Origin: Hemiscyllium ocellatum
Lineage: Eukaryota
Assembly: GCF_020745735.1 (NCBI RefSeq)
Contig: NC_083426.1
Coordinates: 12,834,001-12,898,000, forward strand
Direction: 5' to 3'
DNA: 64,000 nt
Made by a program: the position numbers and the translations under genes. Shown here piece by piece: positions 24,101-33,100 of the stretch (the first letter of the stretch is position 1; each line of letters opens with the position of its first letter). Below the pieces are notes generated by a model, which was given only the letters and a program-made list of their open reading frames with translations, was not told the origin of the DNA and ran no database searches.

Positions 24101-27100
24101 TGTTTAATGTAAATCTGCACATCTCTGAAGGTAAATGTCTCAGTGATTTTTACATTACTCTTTGCTGATATGTCTGATCAATAATTTAACCAGGAAGAAA
24201 ATTGGTCAGGTTTTGGAGTATATTTGATTTTTTGATCTCTCAATAATTGTTTCTTTCCCACAGAAGCCGTCTCTGTTCCTGGGCTTCGATTTTTATCCCA
24301 ACCAAATGTCTCATGTTCTGGGGGTTCAGTGACAGTCTCCTCTGAGTCTGCCCAGGGATCCCTCCCCATTCACTACACATGGTCTGAGAAGATGCCATCT
24401 CAAGATTCAATGATCGCTGACACCAATAAACTGGATCTACATTGTCAATCCTTCACACAGAAACATCATCAATATTACTGCACAGCCTCAAATATTCAGG
24501 GAACAAAACCCAGTGAAATTGTTCATGTGTCAGTCAACAATGTAAGAGAGAAGAACTGCAGTTATAGGATACAGATCAACAGCATCGGTAAGTGTGATGC
24601 AAACAGTCTTGTACTTGGAAAATGAACAGGTACATAAAATCCTGCCCACAGCATGGAGAAACGTTGCAACAATTCCATTGCTGCATTACAGCCATTTGCT
24701 TCCTTCAACCAAGTACATCACAAATGGTGGAGATACTAAACAAATATTTTGAATATTTTACTGTGTAGAAAGACATGGAGATTAGGGAACTCAGCAAAAT
24801 AAACATTGATGTCTTGAAAATAGTCCACATTACAGAAGGGGAAGTGCTGATCATCTTAAAATACATAACGATGGATAAATCTCCAGGAATCGACCAAGTG
24901 TCTCCTAGAACAGTGTGGGTAATTTGGGAAGAAATCGTAGGGCCTCATAGCAGAGATATTTGTATCATCCACAGTCACGGTGAGGTACCGGAGGACTGGA
25001 GGGTGGCTAATATTATACCTTAATCTAGGAAAGGCTGTATGGAGAAGTCTGAGAATTATAGGCCTGAATCTGACATCAGTGGTGGGTAAGTTGTTGAAGG
25101 GGATTTTGGGCGATCCGATTTACAGGCATTTAGAGAGGCAAGAACTAATTCGGGATAGTATGTGGGAAATAGTGCGTTCTAAACCTGATTGAGTTTTTTG
25201 AGAATGTGGCCAAAAATATTGCGAGTGTAGAGCAGTAGATGTTGTCTATATGGACTTTAGTAACAAAGGTTCTACATGGTAGACTAATTCATAAAGTTAG
25301 ATCTCATGGAATTCAGGCTGAGCTTGTCTATAGAATACAAAATCAGCTTAATGTCAGGAGACAGAGCGTGGTTGTGGAGGGTCATTTTTTGGATTGGAAG
25401 CCTTCGACTAGTGGTGTTCCATAGGGATCAGTGTAATTTATATCAACAAGTTGAAAGAGAAATTAGAAGGCATGGTTCGTAAATTCATGGATGAAACCAA
25501 AATTGATGGCATTGTTGACAGTGACAAAAGTTATCTACAATTACAAAGGGATCTTGATCAATTGGGCCAATGGGCTGAGGATTGGCAGATGAAGTTCTAT
25601 TTGGATCAATGTGAGGTATAGCCTTTTGGTAAAACAAACAAGGACATAACTAATACAATTACAAGTTGGGCCCTGGGTAGTGCTGTCGAACAGAGAGACC
25701 CAGGGGATCTTTGAAATTTGTATCACAGATGGACAGGGTGGTTAAGAAGGTATTTATCATGCTTACAATCATTGCTCAGACCATTGTGTGTAGGAGTTGG
25801 AACATCATCTTGAGCTTGTACAGAATGATGGGGAGGCCACTTTTGGAAACTGTGTACACTTCTAGTCCTGCTGCTTTCGGCAAGTTATTATTAAATTGAA
25901 GTGGTTTCAGCAAAGATTTACCAAGATTTTGCCGTGACTAGTGGGTTTGAGTGATAAGGATAGTCTGGGATTTTTTTCCACTGGAGGTTGAGGGGTGACT
26001 TTATCGAGGTTTATAAAATCACGAGGGGCATAAGTAAGATGAATAGCAAAATATTTTTTCACTAGGTTGGGAGAGGTCAAAGTGAGGGGGCATATTTTTA
26101 AGGTGAGAGGAGAAAAATGTAAAAGGGGCCAGAAGGGCAACATTTTCACACAGAGAGTGGTTCGTATCGAGTCATCGAGACATTGAGATGTACACCACAG
26201 AAACATTGGCTTCAGTCCAACTCGTCCATGCCAACCAGATATCCCAACCTAATCTAGTCCCACCTGCCAGCACTTGACCCATATCCCTCTGAATCATTCC
26301 TATTCATCTATTCATCCAGATCATTCTTAACCAGATGGGCCAATGGGCTGAAAAGTGGCAGATGGAGTTTAATTCAGATAAATGCGAGGTGCTGCATTTT
26401 GGGAAAGCAAATCTTAGCAGGAGTTTGCACTTAATGATAAGGTCCTAGGGAGTGTTGCAGAAGAAAGAGATCTTGGAGTGCAGGTTCATAGCTCCTTGAA
26501 AGTGGAGTCGCAGGTAGATAGGGTAGTGGAGAAGGCATTTGGTATGTTTTCCTTTATTGGTCAGAGTATTGAGTACAGGAGTTGGGAAGTCATGTTACAG
26601 CTGTGCACAACATTGGTTAGGCCACTGTTGGACTATTGTCTGCAATTCTGGTCTCCTTCCTACCAGAAAGATGCTGTGAAACTTGAAAGGGTTCAGAAAA
26701 GATTTACAAGTATGTTGCCGGGACTGGAGGATTTGAGCTACAGGGAGAGGCTGAACAGGCTCGGGCTGATTTCTCTGGAGCATCGGAGACAGAGGGGTGA
26801 CCTTATAGAGGTTTACAAAATTATGAGGGGCATGGATAGGGTAAATTGGCAAAGTCTTTTCCCTGAGGTCGAGGAGTCCAGAACTAGAGGGCATAGGTTT
26901 AGGGTGAGAGGGGAAAGATATAAATGAGACCTATGGGGCAACTTTTTCACGCAGAGGGTGGTACATGCATGGAATGAGCTGCCAGAGGAAGTGGTGGAGG
27001 CTGGGACAATTGCAACATTTAAGAGGCATTTGGATGGGTATATGAATAGGAAGGGTTTGGAGGGATATGGACCGGGTGCTGGCAGTTGGGAATAGATTGG

Positions 27101-30100
27101 GTTGGGATATCTGGTGGGCATGGACGGATTTGACCATAGGGTCTGTTTCCATGCTGTACATCTCTATGACTCTAAATGTTATAAATGTACAAGCCTCTAC
27201 CACTTTCTCTGGCAGCTCATTCCATACACGCACCACCCTCGGTGTGAAAACGTTGCCCTTCAGGTTCCCCATATATCTTTCCCCTCTCACCCTAAACCTA
27301 TGACCTCGCGTTCTGGACTCCCCGACCCCAGGGAAAAGACGTTGTCTATTTACCATATCCATGCCCCTCATGATTTTCTAAATCTCTATAAGATTACCCC
27401 TCAGATTCCGATGCTCCAGGGAAAAATACCCCCAGCCTATTCAGCTTCTCCCGATAGCTCAAATCCTTCAACCCAGCAAGATCTTTGTAAACATTTTCTG
27501 AAGCCTTCCAAATTTCACAATATCCTTCTGATAGGAAAGGAGATCAGAATTGCATACAATATTCCAAAAGTGGCCCAACTAATGTCCTGTTCAGCCACAA
27601 CATGACCTCCCAATTCCGATACTCAATGCTCTGACCAATAAAGGAAAGCATTGTTGTGATTCTGTTTGCCGAGCTGGGAGATTTTGTTGCAAATGTTTCG
27701 TCCCCTTTCTAGGTGACATCTTCAGTGCTTGGGAGCTTCCTGTGAAGCGCTTCTGTGCTGATTCCTCCAGCATTTGTACTGGTTTGTATCTGCCGCTTCC
27801 GGTTGTCAGTTGCTGTCCGCTGCAGTGGCCGGTATATAGGGTCTAGTTCGATGTGTCTGTTGATAGAATTTGTGGATGAGTGACTGTCTATCAACAGATA
27901 CATCGAACTAGACCCTATATACCAACCACTGCAGCGGACAGCAACTGACAACCGGAAGCAGCAGATTCAAACCAGTATAAATGCCGGAGGAATCAGCACA
28001 GAAGCGCTTCACAGGAAGCTCCCAAGCACTGAAGATGTCACCTAGAAAGGGGACAAAACATTTACAACAAAAACTCCCAGCTCGGCAAACAGAACCACAA
28101 CAACAAACACCCGAGCTACAAATCTTCTCACAAAGGAACGCATACCAAACACCTTCTTCACGGCCCTATCCACCTATGTCTCTACTTTCAAGGAGCTATG
28201 AACCTATACTCCAAGGTTTCTTTGTTCAGCAATACCCTCCTGAACCTTCCCATTAAATAGATGAGTCCTGCTCTGATTTGCCTTTCCAAAATGCAGCACC
28301 TCACATTAAAATCCATCTGCCAATCCCTCGCCCATTGGCCCATTTGATCACGATCCCATTGTACCTGGAGCTAACCTTCTTTGTTGTACAGTAAAGCTGC
28401 AATTTTGTTGTCACCTGCAACATATAATTACTAACTGTAGCTCCTATGTTCACACACAAATAATTTATGTAAATGATGATGTGGAGTGAAAGGCCAGAGG
28501 ACATGGTAGATGAAGGTACAGTCACAGTATTTAAAAGACATTTGAAAAGCTGCATGAATAAGAAATGTTTAGAGAGACATGGGCCAAACACAGATAAGTG
28601 GGACTAGTATATTTTGAGAAGCATGTTTGGCACTGACGTGTTGAACCAAAGGGTCTATTTCCGCGCTGACTATGACTCTAACATTTTCAGTAGAATTAGC
28701 CCACTTACAGGTGTCATTGTTACCAGGGAAGGGGAAATAATGCAAAACTCCATGATATCAAATGGGCTTTTCCCCAAGTAATGAAGTTCCATTTGTGCAT
28801 GAGGTTCTCTTGGGTAACTACAAGTGAGAAGGAGATGAATCTGAACATCATTCCCTTGTTTCAACAGGTGAACAATATACTTGTGCTGTTTCTTCAACAA
28901 CATCACCAGGGACCACACATTCCCCAGATACAAGTGGAGGTTTCTCGACCAGTCAAAACCAGTCCCCAGGAAAGAATTCCCATGAAAAGTATTATATTCT
29001 CTGTTTTGATTCAGTGTGTGAGTTTAACAATATTTTTAAGGAGAAAGTGAGGACTGCAGATGCTGGAGATCAGAGCTGAAAATGTGTTGCTGGAAAAGCG
29101 CAGCAGGTCAGGCAGCATCCAAGGAGCAGGAAAATCGACGTTTCTGCTATGAGCCCTTCTTCAGGAATGAGGAAAGTGTGCCAAGCAGGATAAGACAAAA
29201 GGTAGGGAGGAGGGACTGAGGGGAGGGGCATTGGAAATGTGATAGGTGGAAGGAGGTTAAGGTGAGGGTGATAGGCCGGAGTAGGGGTGGGGGGGGAGAG
29301 CTCAGGAAGAAGATTGCAGGTTAGGAAGGTGTTGCTGAGTTCGAGGGTTGGGACTGAGACAAGATGGGGGGAGTGGAAATGAAACTGGAGAAGCCTGAGT
29401 TCATCCCTTGTGGTTGGAGGGTTCCTAGGCTGAAGATGGCGAAAGGCGGCATGGTGGCACAGTGGTTAGCACTGCTGCCTCACAGCGCCAGAAACCCGGG
29501 TTCAATTCCCACCTCAGGTGACTGACTGTGAGGAGTTTGCACATTCTCCCCGTGTCTGCGTGGGTTTCCTCCGGGTGCTCCGGTTTCCTCCCACAATCCA
29601 AAGATGTGCAGGTCAGGTAAATTGGCCATGCTAAATTGCCCATAGTGTTAGGTAAGGGTCAAATGTAGGGGTATGGGTGGGTTTCACTTCAGCGGGTCGG
29701 TGTGGACTTGTTGGGCCGAAGGGCCTGTTTCCACACTGTAAATAATCTAATCTAATCTAATCTAATGAGGTGCTCTTCCTCCAGCCGTCATGTTGCTATG
29801 GTCTGGCAATGGAGGAGTCCAAGGACCTGCATGTCCTTGGTGGAGTGGGAGGGGAGTTGAAGTGTTGAGCCACGGGGTGGTTGGGTTGGTTGGTCCGGGT
29901 GTCCTAGAGGTGTTCTCTGAAACATTCTGCAAGTAGGCGGCCGCTTGGCACACTTTCCTCATTCCTGATGAAGGGCTCATAGCAGAAATGTCGATTCTCC
30001 TGCTCCTTGGATGCTGCCTGACCTGCTGCGCTTTTCCAGCAACACATTTTCAGTCACAATATTTTTTAGCCAAACAACTGAATGGCTTTTGTTATTTTGG

Positions 30101-33100
30101 AAATGGAAATGGTGCTGGGTTTATATTGAGCTCCTGTGTGGGTTCCATATTAAAGGTTCAATTGATTTTGAAAAGCTCAAATGGAAAATAATTGTTTCTA
30201 TTTTGTTGGCCCTCAGATGGCATTGCTCATCTTCATTACTTCACCATTAATCTACACCATCTGTGATGTCCCTGCTTGCCAAACGTACCTTGCTGCTGTG
30301 ATCTTGAGTGAGGTTTCAGGATAGTGTCATTCCTGCTGGTGAAAAGGAAGGTTTGAAGTGATATCTCTGCACAGGGACAGATAGCTCGCAGCGTTAGGCT
30401 TTAGCCTGAGTTCATCAGCCTGAGCTGTCAGAAATAAGCTGCAGGAACTGTAAGTGTGAGAGAAACACTGAGCAAATCATTCTTGGAAGTTACAATGGGG
30501 ATGAGGAAAAAGTGCCAATTAAGTGTCAGTCAGAAATGGAGAATATTGGAAACGCAGTGTGATTTAGTCCACATTTGGGTAGAAATAGATCAGTGCAGAA
30601 TTCTTCACAATTCTAGTTGACACCCGAAACAACCCCCAGATACTGTCTGATCATACCTTTCCAGCAACTTCTAGTTTTCATTCAGGTCTCCAGCACATGT
30701 TATTCATTTGTTTTTACACAGATAATACTCTGTGATTCAAAAAGCATTGAAAGTTTATAAATTTTATTTGCAGTCATATCTGTATGTCTGTTGTTTAATT
30801 TTGTGTAAATGAAGACCATTGAACTCTAATATCCATTCTCAAACCTGTTGTTGGTAATTTTCGGTGACCATCTAGTGTTTTTTTATTCCATTTTTACCGA
30901 GTGAAATGGACCACATCTTAAAAAGGCTCAGTGGGTGGTACACTCACCTTCTACTCCAGAGATTGTCAGTTCTCTTCCTCTTCAGAAACATGGGCACATT
31001 GTCAATGCTGAGTCCATAGTGCAGTACTGAGGCAGTGCCCTGCTATTGTGGTACTATCTTCCCTGTGTGATCAATCCAGGTCCCATCTCCCCCTCTGAGG
31101 GGAACGTGACAGATCTCTTGGTGATATCTGTGGAAGAGCAGGGCTGTTCTCCCTGGAGACCTGGGCAATGCCTCTCCCTTACCAATTCCAAATTACATGA
31201 TCAGTCATCTGATTATTGTTTGTGGGAACATACTGTGTGCGAATTGAATATTATGTTTGCAAACACAACATTTAACACAAGGATTTCACTTCCTGCATTG
31301 TTTTTGGATGTCCTGAGGTCATAAAAGTCATTTTTAATATATTTCTTGCATCAAAGGGCCAAGACTCGATTGTGAACAAACACTGTCACTTTTCTGTTTT
31401 CACTATCACAGTCTGGTTTATATTTTGGTCGGTGTACTGGGGGCCATTCTGGTTGTTTTTGCTCTGCTTTTGTACCTGAGGCAAATCAACAAGGGTGAGT
31501 TTTTATTTCTCTTCAATTATTTCGTTATGTCTCAGCAGCTTAGAGTTACAAATAAAGAGATTATCAGGTTTGGATTTTCTCATGGCTAGACGGCTGATAT
31601 TCCAGTACAGTCAGGAGCTGCTCAGAATCATAGAGTCATAGAGATGTACAGCACGGAAAGCGACCCTTTGCTCCAACCCGTCCATGCCAATCAGATATCC
31701 CAACCCAATCTAGTCCCTCCGACCAGCATCTGGCCCATATCCCTCCAAACCTTTCCCATTCATAGATCCGTCTAAATGCCTCTTAAATGTTGCAGTCGTA
31801 CTAGCCTCTACCACTTCCTCTGACAGCTCATGTACCACCCTCTGCATGAAAAAGTTGCCCCTTGGGTCTCTTTTATATCTTTCCACCCTCACCCTAAATG
31901 GACTCCCCCACCCCAGGGAAATGATTTTGTCTATTTACCCTATCCACGCCCCTCAAGATTTTGTAAACTTCTATCAGGTCACCCCTCAGCCCCTGGACGC
32001 TCTAGAGAAAACAGCCCCAGCTTGTTCAGCCTCTCCCTGTAGTTCAAATCCTCCAACCCTGGCAGCATCTTTGTAAATCTTATCTGAACTGTTTCAAGTT
32101 TCGCAACATCTTTCCGATAGGAAGGAGACCAGAATTGCACGCAATATTCCAACAGTGGCTTCACCAAAGTCCTGTACAGCCGCAACATGACCTCTCAACT
32201 CCTGAACTCAATACTCTGACCAATAAAGGAAAGCATACCAAATGTCTTCTTCACTATCCTATCTACCTGCAACTCCACTTTCAAGGAGCTATGAACCTGC
32301 ATCCTCTTTGTTTAGCAACACTGCCTAGGACTTTACCATTAAGTGTATAAGTCCTGCTAAGATTTGTTTACCCAAAATTCAGCACCTCACATTTATCTAA
32401 ATTAAACTCCATCTGCCACTTCTCAGCCCATTGGCCCATCTGGTCAAGATCCTGTTGTAATCTGATGTAACCGACTTCGCTGTCCGCTACACCTCCAATT
32501 TTGGTGTCATCTGCAAACTTACTAACTGTACTCTTATGCTCACATCCAAATCATTTATGTAAATGTCATATAGTGGCGGACCTAGCACCAATCCTTGTGG
32601 CACTCCACTGATCACAGACCTCCACTCTGAAAAACAACCCTCCACCTGCACCCTCTGTCTTCTACCTTTGATCCATTTCTGTATCCAAATGGCTTGTTCT
32701 CCCTGCGTTCAGTGAGATCTAACCTTGCTAACCAATCTTCCATGAGGAACCTTGTCAAAAGCCTTACTGAAGTCCACATAGATCACATTTACTGCTCTGC
32801 CTTCAACAATCTTCTTTGTTACTTCTTCAAAAAATTCAATCAAGTTCGTGAGATATGATTTCCCATGCACAAAGCCATGTTGCCTTTCCAAATCCTGTCC
32901 CTCAGGATTCCCTCCAACAACTTGCCCAACACTGACGTCAGGCTCAATGGTCTATAGTTCCCTGATCTGTCCTTACCACCTTTCTTGAACAGTGGCACCA
33001 TGTTAGGCAACCTCCAGTCTTCTGACACCTTACCTGTGAGTATCGATGACACCAATACTTCAGTAAGAGGCCCAGCAATCACTTCCCTAGCTTCCCACAG

